Below are positions 1 to 9,868 of a stretch of 50,609 nucleotides of DNA, one piece after another (position 1 is the first letter of the stretch; every line of letters begins with the position of its first letter). Under the pieces are notes generated by a model that saw only the letters and a list, made by a program, of their open reading frames with translations, made no database searches and had not been told where the DNA came from. Source of the DNA: a virus (Duplodnaviria > Caudoviricetes); IMG/VR virus record IMGVR_UViG_3300026551_000001, positions 1 through 50,609 of that record; one strand, 5' to 3'. Position numbers and translations under genes: made by a program.

Positions 1-127
1 CTACATTCTTAGAATATGCAACTCCGATTGGAACCGTAGCAGGTTTTGTCGTCGGTTGGCTCGGAGGTAAGTATACCTTCGTCGGTCTCAAGAACGGGAT
101 CGTTACAGAAGTTAATACCTTAAAATC
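1..127. repeat. Terminal direct repeat, identical to 50483-50609 (circular assembly overlap)
   Basis: ctacattctt...cttaaaatc is identical at both window ends. It falls in the middle of a gene, and 127 is a common assembler k-mer size. Confidence 0.95.
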
Positions 128-160
128 AGATGTAACGGCTATTAAAGCTAAGTTACCTTA

Positions 161-556
161 ATGTTAACCGCAATCCTAGGCTTATTGCCAGGTATCTTTA
201 CTACGGTTAATGGAATTACTACAGCTATCTCTAATGAGAGAATAGCCCATATAACTGCTGCTACCGATCAAGAGAAAGTAGAGATTGAAGAGCGTATTAA
301 GACTTTAGAATCTCAACGAGATGTTCTTATTGCAGATAGTACACACAGTAACTTAGATCTTACTATGCGTACTATTCTTGCAGCAGGTCCTGCTTTTATA
401 TTAGCTAAAGTATTTATATGGGATAAAGGATTTGCTTGGTATGAAGCTAATACAGTTATCAGTCCTGATCTTTGGAATGTAATTATGGTAACTATAGGTT
501 TCTATTTCTTACATAACACCATTGTAGGTACTGCTAAAGAGTTTATGAAACAATAA
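161..556 (+). CDS. Putative holin (multi-TM)
   Basis: Hydrophobic N-terminus plus two C-terminal hydrophobic segments (…FILAKVFIWDK…, …VIMVTIGFYFL), downstream of the endolysin. Confidence 0.6.
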   Translation: MLTAILGLLPGIFTTVNGITTAISNERIAHITAATDQEKVEIEERIKTLESQRDVLIADSTHSNLDLTMRTILAAGPAFILAKVFIWDKGFAWYEANTVISPDLWNVIMVTIGFYFLHNTIVGTAKEFMKQ

Positions 557-1698
557 TGCAAAAGATGACTTTACTGCAGTTAGTGCAGAATATATTAAGT
601 TCTATGTCTTCTGATGAAGTAAACTCTATAGGAGATACTACAGAGGCTATGCAAATAGCTACTATACTTCAGACGACTTACTTCAATGTAATTAATAGAG
701 CTGGGCTACCTGATCAATTTGAACTATTTCAACTTAATCCTTTTACTGATGCTACTCAGCCAGTAATGATGACTAGACCTGATAACATTGCTAAGATGGA
801 ATGGCTTAAGTATTTCAATACTAATCCCTTCCAAGGTACTCAGTTTACAACTCAGTTCGGAGCCTTTAGTCATGGTCTTAATACAGATCTTATTACTAGT
901 AATTGGACTACCTCATCTACTACAACTAATACCATAGGTACAGGATTACAGACATTTACAGTCGGTGCTAATCTACCTGCATTTGTAGGACAACAAGTAC
1001 AAGCTTCTAATGGTGGTGTTAACACTATGTTAGGGACTGTCTTTAGTTATGTAGGTACTACGTTGATTCTTAATGTAAGTGCTATAGGAGGTGCAGGTAC
1101 ATTTAGTGTCTGGACTTTACAGTCTACAGTAGGAATAGGAGCTATTCCAGGATATCAGTATGTAACTATAATTCCTGTTCAACAGTTTCTAGATATGACT
1201 AGTTCATTTAATCCTACGGATAATAATGTCAATTCATTTAACTTTAGAGTCAACGAAGAGAACTTTCTATTTTACTACAAAACAGACCATCAACCTCAAT
1301 ATTGTACTGTTCTGGAGAATTTCTACATAGTATTTGATTCATTTGATAAGTCTCAAGATAGTACTTTACAAGCGTCTAAGACTCAAGGTTATGGACAATT
1401 AGTTCCTACTTTCTTGATGCAAGATAACTTCATTCCAGTAATGGATGGTAAACAATTTCAATTACTATTGAATGAAGCTAAGTCTTTAGCTTTCTATGAA
1501 CTTAAACAGATGCCTCATCAGAAGGCTGAACAGGAATCTAAACGTCAATGGGTTAATGTAGAGAAGACTAAATCCTTAACAAATAAACCTACGTATTTTA
1601 ATCAATTGCCTAATTTCGGTAGACGTGCTGGAACAGGTGGATATTCAGGAATGAGGGATACAAATGATCGCTTCTTTGGCGGCTATCTCGCCGGATAG
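556..1698 (+). CDS. Tail tubular protein A / head-tail adaptor (T7 gp11-like) with a beta-rich insertion
   Basis: N-terminal TLLQLVQNILSSMSSDEVNSIGDT.EA.QIA adaptor-type start; position before the nozzle gene. Confidence 0.75.
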   Translation: MQKMTLLQLVQNILSSMSSDEVNSIGDTTEAMQIATILQTTYFNVINRAGLPDQFELFQLNPFTDATQPVMMTRPDNIAKMEWLKYFNTNPFQGTQFTTQFGAFSHGLNTDLITSNWTTSSTTTNTIGTGLQTFTVGANLPAFVGQQVQASNGGVNTMLGTVFSYVGTTLILNVSAIGGAGTFSVWTLQSTVGIGAIPGYQYVTIIPVQQFLDMTSSFNPTDNNVNSFNFRVNEENFLFYYKTDHQPQYCTVLENFYIVFDSFDKSQDSTLQASKTQGYGQLVPTFLMQDNFIPVMDGKQFQLLLNEAKSLAFYELKQMPHQKAEQESKRQWVNVEKTKSLTNKPTYFNQLPNFGRRAGTGGYSGMRDTNDRFFGGYLAG

Positions 1699-1705
1699 AA
1701 CTAAG

Positions 1706-1966
1706 ATGACATCAGATGATCGTATTCTGATGTTGGAAGTATTAGATGGAAAGAAAGCTAACGATAGTTTAGTAGATGTTAATAATAATCTACATGCTAT
1801 TTTACTTCCTAATAACTTATGGACTCTAAAATACGAACATGGTTTTCTTCCTGGTCCTCTTAAGAATATATCCTTCACTAATTTTAATCTTCTTCTAAAA
1901 CATGTTAAAGAATATATTGAACGTAGAGGAATGAAAGTTAAAGAAATAATTGATGTATGGCCCTAA
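1706..1966 (+). CDS. Hypothetical protein between the tail tubular genes
   Basis: ORF fills the gap; ATG at 1706 chosen to avoid a long overlap. Confidence 0.6.
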   Translation: MTSDDRILMLEVLDGKKANDSLVDVNNNLHAILLPNNLWTLKYEHGFLPGPLKNISFTNFNLLLKHVKEYIERRGMKVKEIIDVWP

Positions 1967-4395
1967 ATCCTAGCGTACAGAATAACTTTACTGGTGGTCT
2001 TAAGACTGAATTCACTGGTCTAAACTTTCCTGAAAACGCATGTACTCAGACTGAGAATTGCGTTTTCACTATTATTGGGGATGTCTTACGTAGAGAAGGA
2101 TTTGATTATGAAGCGAACGCTGTTCTCAATCTCAACATTGATAGAACTAATGTTGCTATTAACACTTATAAGTGGAATAATGTTGGTGGGGATGGTAATA
2201 CTCAGATAATAGTCCTACAGGTAGGAGTAACTTTATTCTTCTTTCAATCGACTAACGCAACTATACTTAATCCTTTATCCAGTACTAAATTAACTTCTTT
2301 TGTTAATTTATCTAGTTTTGTTTCTCCGGGAACTGTTTTCAACTCTACAATAGAATGTCAATTTACTGATGGTAATGGTTATTTATTTGTCTTCCATACA
2401 AACATAGATTCTATCTTCTGTATATTTAATGCCGGCGTTATAACAGCTAAAGCTATTACTATTCAGATAAGAGACTTTGCAGGTATACCTGAACCTGGAA
2501 TAGCGGATAACTTCAGACCTACTACACTAACTGCAGAACATAAATACAATTTAATTAATCAAGGCTGGACTCAAGGGTCTGCTTGGACAGGTACAGGTAA
2601 TGCTAATAACTTTGGCCTAACTTTACCTTGTATAGGTAATAGTTGGACCATGACGATATCATCACAAACTAATACTACTACCCTCACAAACGGAAGTGTT
2701 ATTAAAGTTAATATTCCTGGAGCTGCTATAGTAGGTGCTAATAATAATAATCAAAACTTATCCGCCACAGTCACTGGAGTTGTGAATAATTATGTAACTC
2801 CTTTTAACACTGTGACTATTATAGTTGGAACTATAAGTTACGATTGTAGTAGAACTGCATTCGGTTTCTGGTCAGGAGGTAATTTCTTTCAGACTAGTAA
2901 CGAAGCCATCTCAATGTCTTTAATTAATGTAGGTTTCATAAATTCTTGGTTTTCTGCTATAGGAAATTATCCATCTAATTCAGATGTTTGGTGGTTGTAT
3001 AAAGATAGTACTAATCTGTTCAATCCTACAACTACTATTGCTAATGTTCAACAGCCAATCGGTCCTGCTCCTAAAGGTTCTTTTATAATAAATGCTTTTA
3101 TACAAGATAGATCAGCTGTTTCTAGCATAAGTGGTTTAACTACCGTTACTACTCCTCTTAGACCTACAGTAGGTACTTGGTTTCAAGGTAGATTATTCTA
3201 TGCAGGTGTAAATGCTTCTCAGCAACCTACTGGAGATGAACCATATTATACATGGACAGAGAATATTTATTTCTCTCAAGTAGTTACAGATACATCTAAG
3301 TTTGGTAAAGCTTATCAAGTTAATGATCCTACAGCTCAGAATCTATTTGATATATTACCTACAGACGGAGGGGTTATAACAATTCAAGGAGCTGGGTCTA
3401 TATATGAACTATTCCCTATTCAGACGGGTATTATTGTTAGAGCTGCTAATGGCGTATATTATATATCCGGAGGAAGTGGAGTAGCCTTCTCTGCTAGTGA
3501 TTATTCAGTAAGTAAGATATCTAATATTCAAAGTATATCTCCTACCAGATCAGTTAATGTACAGGGTTGGCCTATGTTTTGGAATGAAGAAGGTATTTAT
3601 TATGTTACTGTTAGACAGAACTCCAGTTCTATTAGAAGTCCAGATATTAACTTAGATGTTCAGAATTTATGTCTAGGAACTATTCTATCCTTTTACGCAA
3701 GCATACCGCTGCAAAGCAAGAAGTTTGCAAGAGGAGATTATCATCCTTTAGACTACATAGTTCAATTCTGTTACAGAAGTACAAATGAATCTAATGTAAC
3801 TGATAGATATCAATTTGATAGTATTATAAACTTTAATATAGCTACTAAAGCTTTCTATCTATATCAGATATCTACAGCTACTAATTCTCCCTATATTCAT
3901 GGTATTAACTATGTAGCAGGTCCAGGTGGAAGTTCATCTCCTAATCCTGTATTTAAATATATAACTTCTCAACAGATACCTAATACATATAACTTTACTT
4001 TCTCAGAAGAAAGAGATCCTACGTTTATAGATTGGGTTACTTCTGGAGTATCTTTAGATTATGTTAGTAACTTTGTAACTGGATATAAACTATCTGGTAA
4101 AGCTGTAACTAAATTTCAACCTCAGTATGTTTATATATATTCTAACAACAGTGCCAATACTTCATATCAAATACAGGGTATATGGGATTACGCAATTAAC
4201 AGAAACTCCAATAAGTTTGGAGTTCCTCAAATAATAAATAATTTCTTAAATACAACTAACTTTAGTCGACTGTTTCGTAGACACAGAATACGAGGTAGAG
4301 GATTAGTTCTTCAGTTTCAAATATCATCTGTGACTAAGAAACCATTCGATATAATGGGATGGTCTATCTTAGAGAATGTACAGGAGCATATGTAA
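1957..4395 (+). CDS. Tail tubular protein B / nozzle (T7 gp12-like)
   Basis: 812 aa, beta-rich; N-terminal NNFTGGLKTE…NFPENA, WFQGRLFYAG, C-terminal RIRGRG…FDIMGW; synteny. Confidence 0.8.
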   Translation: MALNPSVQNNFTGGLKTEFTGLNFPENACTQTENCVFTIIGDVLRREGFDYEANAVLNLNIDRTNVAINTYKWNNVGGDGNTQIIVLQVGVTLFFFQSTNATILNPLSSTKLTSFVNLSSFVSPGTVFNSTIECQFTDGNGYLFVFHTNIDSIFCIFNAGVITAKAITIQIRDFAGIPEPGIADNFRPTTLTAEHKYNLINQGWTQGSAWTGTGNANNFGLTLPCIGNSWTMTISSQTNTTTLTNGSVIKVNIPGAAIVGANNNNQNLSATVTGVVNNYVTPFNTVTIIVGTISYDCSRTAFGFWSGGNFFQTSNEAISMSLINVGFINSWFSAIGNYPSNSDVWWLYKDSTNLFNPTTTIANVQQPIGPAPKGSFIINAFIQDRSAVSSISGLTTVTTPLRPTVGTWFQGRLFYAGVNASQQPTGDEPYYTWTENIYFSQVVTDTSKFGKAYQVNDPTAQNLFDILPTDGGVITIQGAGSIYELFPIQTGIIVRAANGVYYISGGSGVAFSASDYSVSKISNIQSISPTRSVNVQGWPMFWNEEGIYYVTVRQNSSSIRSPDINLDVQNLCLGTILSFYASIPLQSKKFARGDYHPLDYIVQFCYRSTNESNVTDRYQFDSIINFNIATKAFYLYQISTATNSPYIHGINYVAGPGGSSSPNPVFKYITSQQIPNTYNFTFSEERDPTFIDWVTSGVSLDYVSNFVTGYKLSGKAVTKFQPQYVYIYSNNSANTSYQIQGIWDYAINRNSNKFGVPQIINNFLNTTNFSRLFRRHRIRGRGLVLQFQISSVTKKPFDIMGWSILENVQEHM

Positions 4396-4883
4396 TGTTA
4401 TCAACTGTCTTCGGAGTAGCCGGCATAGGTTTAGGTATAGCCGGAGGTCTAGAGTCTATGGGAGCAGAAAAGAATGTAGCTAAGACTGAAGCTGAGATTG
4501 TTGGATACGAGAAACAAGCAGAATCTCAACGTAGACAAGCCATGGAATTAAGTGCTCAAAGATCTTCTTTGGAAGTAACACGTAATGCTCAGAGAGCTAG
4601 ATCTATGGCTCTAGAGAATGCGACTACTCAAGGTGCTCAGTTTGGTTCAGGTCTACAAGGTGGATATGGTTCTATCTCTGGTCAATCTGGAACCAATTTG
4701 TTAGGTATAAGTCAGAATCTTCAGATTGGTAGAAACATATTCGATATTAATGCTGAGATATCTGATGCTAGAATAACTGAAGCTAAGTACAAAGGTCAAG
4801 AAGCCGAAGGTGCAGGTTTAATGAGTTTAGGAAAGAGTGTCTTAGGTTTAGGAAGTCTTCCATTATTTGGAGGTGGTAAGTAA
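4395..4883 (+). CDS. Internal virion (ejection) protein, gp14-like
   Basis: Gly/Ala-rich hydrophobic ends around a helical middle; TAATG coupling to the nozzle gene. Confidence 0.65.
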   Translation: MLSTVFGVAGIGLGIAGGLESMGAEKNVAKTEAEIVGYEKQAESQRRQAMELSAQRSSLEVTRNAQRARSMALENATTQGAQFGSGLQGGYGSISGQSGTNLLGISQNLQIGRNIFDINAEISDARITEAKYKGQEAEGAGLMSLGKSVLGLGSLPLFGGGK

Positions 4884-7800
4884 TGGCTGAAGCTCAGCCT
4901 ATCTCTTTAGACCAACCTGAAGAAGAGCAACAGACTCCTTTAATTAATTTAACTCCTCAAGATAGTATTCCTGTCTCTGAAGACATAGCCACTAAAAGAG
5001 CTTCTAAAGCTACGTTTGGTCTAACTCAGAAAATACCAGAGAAAACCTATCCAGATTACTACCGTTCAATATCCAATGGACAAGAGTTACAGACTCGTAG
5101 AGAGATCTCTACTACCTTAGACTATCAGAATACCTTGAATCGTTATAAACGTATCCAGGACTTCGCTACGTCTAAGGGAGATGCTTTAACACCAGAAGAT
5201 CTAGATAACTTACAGAATTTTATAAATGTTCCTTCTGCTGATCCTAGATCAGTCTTTGAAGACAATTACTCCAGGCGCTATATGGATACTCTTCGCAGTG
5301 CTCCTGGGTTTCCTGGTTCTTGGTATGATGACGTAGCTACTCAATATCCTCAATTAGTTCAAGCTACCGAGAACGTAGGTTCAAGGCGTATGCAACAAGC
5401 AGAATATGCTAGAACTAATAGAGAGAATGCAGAGGCTAAATCTAGAGCTCAATCTTATTTTGGAGATGTAATAGATAGAGCTAAAGAAATGATTCCTGGT
5501 TATGTAGAGTATAATCAGAGAATGGCTACTCCTAGTGGAGAATCTATGTTCCAAGGATTACTTGGAACTCAGTTAAATAATCTTGCTGTAGCTGGTTTAG
5601 ATCTTCCTGATCCTCAATTCAAAGATTGGTTTGATAGTAATTTCAATCGTCTTTTAAATAAAGATCCTCAACAAGCTGTGATGTTTGCTCATGCTGTTGA
5701 AGGTCAATCTATGTCTGAAACTACATTTAATAATGCTTTTACTTTATTAGATGCATCAGGTATCTATGGTACAGCTAAAGGAACTATTAAAGTTATTCGT
5801 GGTCTAGCTACTAAAGAATTAGGTCGTAGAGAGATACAAGATATTACTAAACAGATGGCTCAGTCTTCTATAGGAGCTCAGAAAGCTCCTGTCCAAGTAG
5901 TAGCTCATGCTGCTGCAGGAGATCTAGGAGAAGCTGCTGTACAACAATCTACCGCTAATGCTATGGGTGTGGCAGCAGGTACTGCTAATCTAGAAGAGAT
6001 GGCTCTTAATAAGCAGATGTCTTTCCTTAAAGCTCAGCAAGATAATATGAGAGCTACTTTTGGTAACTATGGACAGGAAGTAGTTAATCGTATTCAAGAG
6101 AAATCTGGTATCTTCTATGATAATCTTAGGACAGCTATATTGAATCGTATGCGTGTAGAACGTATACCAGAAGTAATAGCTACTCAGGATGGTATTAGAG
6201 CTATCAAAGAAGAGTTTTTAAATGATTATCCAGGTCTTCGCAATTCAATTATAGATATGAACTCCTTCTTACATTTAGAAGGATTAACCGATGTCGGTGG
6301 AGTAAAGTTCATAACTGCTAGCATAGGAAGAGAAGTTCCTAACGTTCATGATATTGTAATTAACTTAGGTAGACATACAGCAGAGTACTTTTCTTCTGAA
6401 GAAGAAGCTAAAGGAGTAGCTAATCTATATGGTCTGGTCGATCCTGTAATTAAAAATAGAGGAACAGGTTATACTATTGAACTGACTAAACCTTTAAATG
6501 AGACGTCCAAAGTATCTAGAGATTTCTTATTAAAAACTACCACATCTAAATCTCCAGATAGTTATGTTAATGCTTTCTTAGGATTCTTAAGAACTCCAGA
6601 TGAAACTCTATCTTTAGAACATAGACTTAACCGTAAGGTAGCTGCCTACGGTGGGTCTAATTTACTTAAAGTAGCTAAAGAAGAAATGAAATCTATTAGG
6701 GCTCTTACTAGATGGGCTTTACCTGGTACTCCTAAACGTGAGAGATATGATCAATGGGCTAAAGCTATAAATGAGTCTAGATATACATATGATCCTATGA
6801 CTCAACAGAGAGGATACTCTTTCTTATCTCCTGCTGAATTAGGAAATTACTATCAAACTAACTTTGGTAGACCTCCTTCCATAGGAGAAACACAAGCTTA
6901 CTTTACATTCTTTCGTATGACTGAGATGGATGCTATCTTACGTGATATGGGTTTATATAGGAATATGTCTAGGTTAGGTACAGAGCATTGGCAATTTTCT
7001 TCTTTAGGACACTATGGAGAAGAACTTAAGTCAGGGTTTGTCCCAGCTATTAAACAGAGTGTATTTCCTATTGGTCAGGATCCTATTCTAGTATTAGGAG
7101 ATTCTCAAGGTACTCATAAGATTGGTACTGTAGGGGGTAGAGGATTTGCTCCTAAGTTTGTAAATCAGATTAGAGATGATATTCAAGCAGGTACTAGACA
7201 AGTCTATAGAATATATGATCCTGAGACTAGACCTTTACAGAAGTTCTTAGATGATGATAATTCTCGTATTAGATATGTAGTTACTTCAAACACAAGAGGA
7301 GCTGAAAATAAACCTTTACCATTTAGCAATCTATCTAGACGTGGTGGCGGTCATTTTGATTATGATTATGATTTTTATATTAAACAAGGTAGAGTAGGTT
7401 GGGATAATGCTTATAAGAAGCATGTCTATGAAGGTGATAATACCATCATGGCTGCTCTTAGTCATGAACAAGGTAGACAAGTAGCTCAAGCTTTAGATGA
7501 AGTACGTATAGCTATTCTTAATAAAGATGAGGCTGCAGCTAAAGCTGTAGCTCAAACTAAAATACCAGCCATTCCTTTTAAAGAAATAAAGAGCTGGTTT
7601 AATGCTAAACGTAATTCTAATGGTGATTTAATTCCTCCTCGTCTTAATAGGCGTGAACCTATTATGGTAATTCCTAAGGGAAGTACTGTAATAGACCAAG
7701 ATCCAGGAATTCAGAGTAGAGCTTATTATGGTTCAACTCCTACGGGTAACCCTAGGTTTAAAGATGGAACTAGAGAAGGTTCTGATGCCAGACAGTATCA

Positions 7801-9868
7801 AGTTAAGTATACTCAAGAACGTGATGCTTATGACTTATATGCTGTCAGAGACACCGGAACTGTACGTAATCCTTTATGGCAATATGAACCAGCAGAGTTA
7901 GTCGATCCTATTACTACTCTTAATAGAGGTATTAAAGATATAGTTAGTTCTACATTTATGGATGATTATAAAATCTACGCTGTAGAACATTGGCTTAAAG
8001 AAGCTTCTGATCTTCTTAAGATGGATAAAGAAGATTCATGGAAGTCTTCTCCATTCTGGGCTTTCCATCACATGGAGTTCAAGAATGATGCTATGAAGAA
8101 TAATCCTCTTAAAGTAAGACAGTTGGAAGATGCTAGATTCAAGATTAAACAATTCTTAGGTACTCCATCTAACTTTCAGAATATGTTAGAACAGTTATCT
8201 CAGAACATAGCTGATAGTATGTACATTAAGTTCGGACCTGGAGGAAATCAATTAACTAAAGGTATAATATTAGCTCCTTCCTGGGCTGTAGCTAATCTGA
8301 CTAAACCGATAGATTTCTTAAACTATGCTACTTATCATGCAGTCATAGGTCTATTCTCTCCTGCTCAAATATTAGTTCAATCTATGAATTATGTGACTAT
8401 GGCTGGTATAGCTGGTTGGGATAGAGCAGGACAAGGAATGGTTGGTGCTTTACTACATCAATATGGAAGACTTAACTCTAATCCTGAGATTATTAGTGCT
8501 TTAGGAAGAATAGCCGAGAAGTTTGGATTTAGACCAGGTGAATGGGAAGAAGCTAGAGAGTTTGGTAATAATACTGGAATGTTTAATGTCGGTTCTTCTC
8601 ACATCTTATATGATAATCATTATGCTCCTAAATTAATATCCAACGGTGTTAATAACTTCTTAGATTTAGGTAGTATGTTCTTTAGAGGAGCTGAGCAACA
8701 CTCTAGGTTTGGAGCTTATTATATAGCTCATAAAGAATGGAGAGACTTGCATCCTACTGGACGTATTACTAATTCAGATAGAGCAGTTATTCTGGATAGA
8801 GCTGACTTACTATCAGGTAATATGTCCAGAGCTTCTAAATCTAGAATTCAATACGGCATAGGATCTTTCCCGACTCAGTTCTTAGGCTATCAATTAAGAT
8901 TAGCAGAACTCTTCGGAGGTAAACGTTTAGCTGGGACTACTTCAGAACGTGTTGTCAATAGAGCTAGATTGTTAGGAACATTCGCTGTTGCTTTCGGTTT
9001 ACCTACTGCTACAGGTATTGTAGGTCTTCCTATAGATCAATGGTTTAGAAAAGCAGGAATAGAGAACGGTTATGTAGTCGGAGATAAATGGTATCAGACT
9101 GCTATTATGGAAGGATTGCCTGCATTCTTTGGTCAGATGGCCACTGGTAATGTTTATGACGTAGGTCAGAGATATGGTACTCCTGGTCCAGATGTCATCA
9201 GAGACGTTCTAGTCGGAGATAAAGGTTGGTGGAATATTGTAGGAGGTGCATCTTTCTCTACGTTAGCTAGTGCATATCAACTAGGAGATGGTTTCAGAGC
9301 AGCCATGGTATCCTTCTTAAGACAAGATAATGAAGCATTTCCTTTAACAGCTAATAACTTTGTAGACCCTTTTAGAACTGTATCTTCTTTCAGTAATTCA
9401 TGGAAAGTAAGGTATGCTCTTAATACTGGTAGATGGATGTCTCGTAATGAAACTTACATGGATAATACATCTCCTGCCAATGCTATCTTTATGGGTATAA
9501 CTGGATTACAGCCACAGCAAGTAGCAGATATAAATAAAGTTACCTGGTCTCTAGCTGATCGTAAAGCTCAAGAAGAATACGGTAAGAAAGAGTTTGTTAA
9601 ATATTTCCATAGGTTTCTTATAGATCAAGAACATAATCCTGAGTTAGCTAGAGAAGAGTTTAAACAAGCGAATGCTTCCTTAATAGCTAATGGATATCCA
9701 GAAGATAAATATGCTGAGGCTCTGACAGAATCTATCCAAGGTAATGAAACATTAATACAAAGACTTAATTGGGATTTCTATATGAAGAATCTACCCAATG
9801 CTCAGAAAGAAGGCAAGATGGAAGCATATACAAGAGCAGTTCAATTCTATCAAGGTAGAGGACGTTAA
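4883..9868 (+). CDS. Large internal virion / DNA ejection protein (1661 aa)
   Basis: Size, helical composition and position after the tail tube genes, as in podoviruses. Confidence 0.65.
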   Translation: MAEAQPISLDQPEEEQQTPLINLTPQDSIPVSEDIATKRASKATFGLTQKIPEKTYPDYYRSISNGQELQTRREISTTLDYQNTLNRYKRIQDFATSKGDALTPEDLDNLQNFINVPSADPRSVFEDNYSRRYMDTLRSAPGFPGSWYDDVATQYPQLVQATENVGSRRMQQAEYARTNRENAEAKSRAQSYFGDVIDRAKEMIPGYVEYNQRMATPSGESMFQGLLGTQLNNLAVAGLDLPDPQFKDWFDSNFNRLLNKDPQQAVMFAHAVEGQSMSETTFNNAFTLLDASGIYGTAKGTIKVIRGLATKELGRREIQDITKQMAQSSIGAQKAPVQVVAHAAAGDLGEAAVQQSTANAMGVAAGTANLEEMALNKQMSFLKAQQDNMRATFGNYGQEVVNRIQEKSGIFYDNLRTAILNRMRVERIPEVIATQDGIRAIKEEFLNDYPGLRNSIIDMNSFLHLEGLTDVGGVKFITASIGREVPNVHDIVINLGRHTAEYFSSEEEAKGVANLYGLVDPVIKNRGTGYTIELTKPLNETSKVSRDFLLKTTTSKSPDSYVNAFLGFLRTPDETLSLEHRLNRKVAAYGGSNLLKVAKEEMKSIRALTRWALPGTPKRERYDQWAKAINESRYTYDPMTQQRGYSFLSPAELGNYYQTNFGRPPSIGETQAYFTFFRMTEMDAILRDMGLYRNMSRLGTEHWQFSSLGHYGEELKSGFVPAIKQSVFPIGQDPILVLGDSQGTHKIGTVGGRGFAPKFVNQIRDDIQAGTRQVYRIYDPETRPLQKFLDDDNSRIRYVVTSNTRGAENKPLPFSNLSRRGGGHFDYDYDFYIKQGRVGWDNAYKKHVYEGDNTIMAALSHEQGRQVAQALDEVRIAILNKDEAAAKAVAQTKIPAIPFKEIKSWFNAKRNSNGDLIPPRLNRREPIMVIPKGSTVIDQDPGIQSRAYYGSTPTGNPRFKDGTREGSDARQYQVKYTQERDAYDLYAVRDTGTVRNPLWQYEPAELVDPITTLNRGIKDIVSSTFMDDYKIYAVEHWLKEASDLLKMDKEDSWKSSPFWAFHHMEFKNDAMKNNPLKVRQLEDARFKIKQFLGTPSNFQNMLEQLSQNIADSMYIKFGPGGNQLTKGIILAPSWAVANLTKPIDFLNYATYHAVIGLFSPAQILVQSMNYVTMAGIAGWDRAGQGMVGALLHQYGRLNSNPEIISALGRIAEKFGFRPGEWEEAREFGNNTGMFNVGSSHILYDNHYAPKLISNGVNNFLDLGSMFFRGAEQHSRFGAYYIAHKEWRDLHPTGRITNSDRAVILDRADLLSGNMSRASKSRIQYGIGSFPTQFLGYQLRLAELFGGKRLAGTTSERVVNRARLLGTFAVAFGLPTATGIVGLPIDQWFRKAGIENGYVVGDKWYQTAIMEGLPAFFGQMATGNVYDVGQRYGTPGPDVIRDVLVGDKGWWNIVGGASFSTLASAYQLGDGFRAAMVSFLRQDNEAFPLTANNFVDPFRTVSSFSNSWKVRYALNTGRWMSRNETYMDNTSPANAIFMGITGLQPQQVADINKVTWSLADRKAQEEYGKKEFVKYFHRFLIDQEHNPELAREEFKQANASLIANGYPEDKYAEALTESIQGNETLIQRLNWDFYMKNLPNAQKEGKMEAYTRAVQFYQGRGR

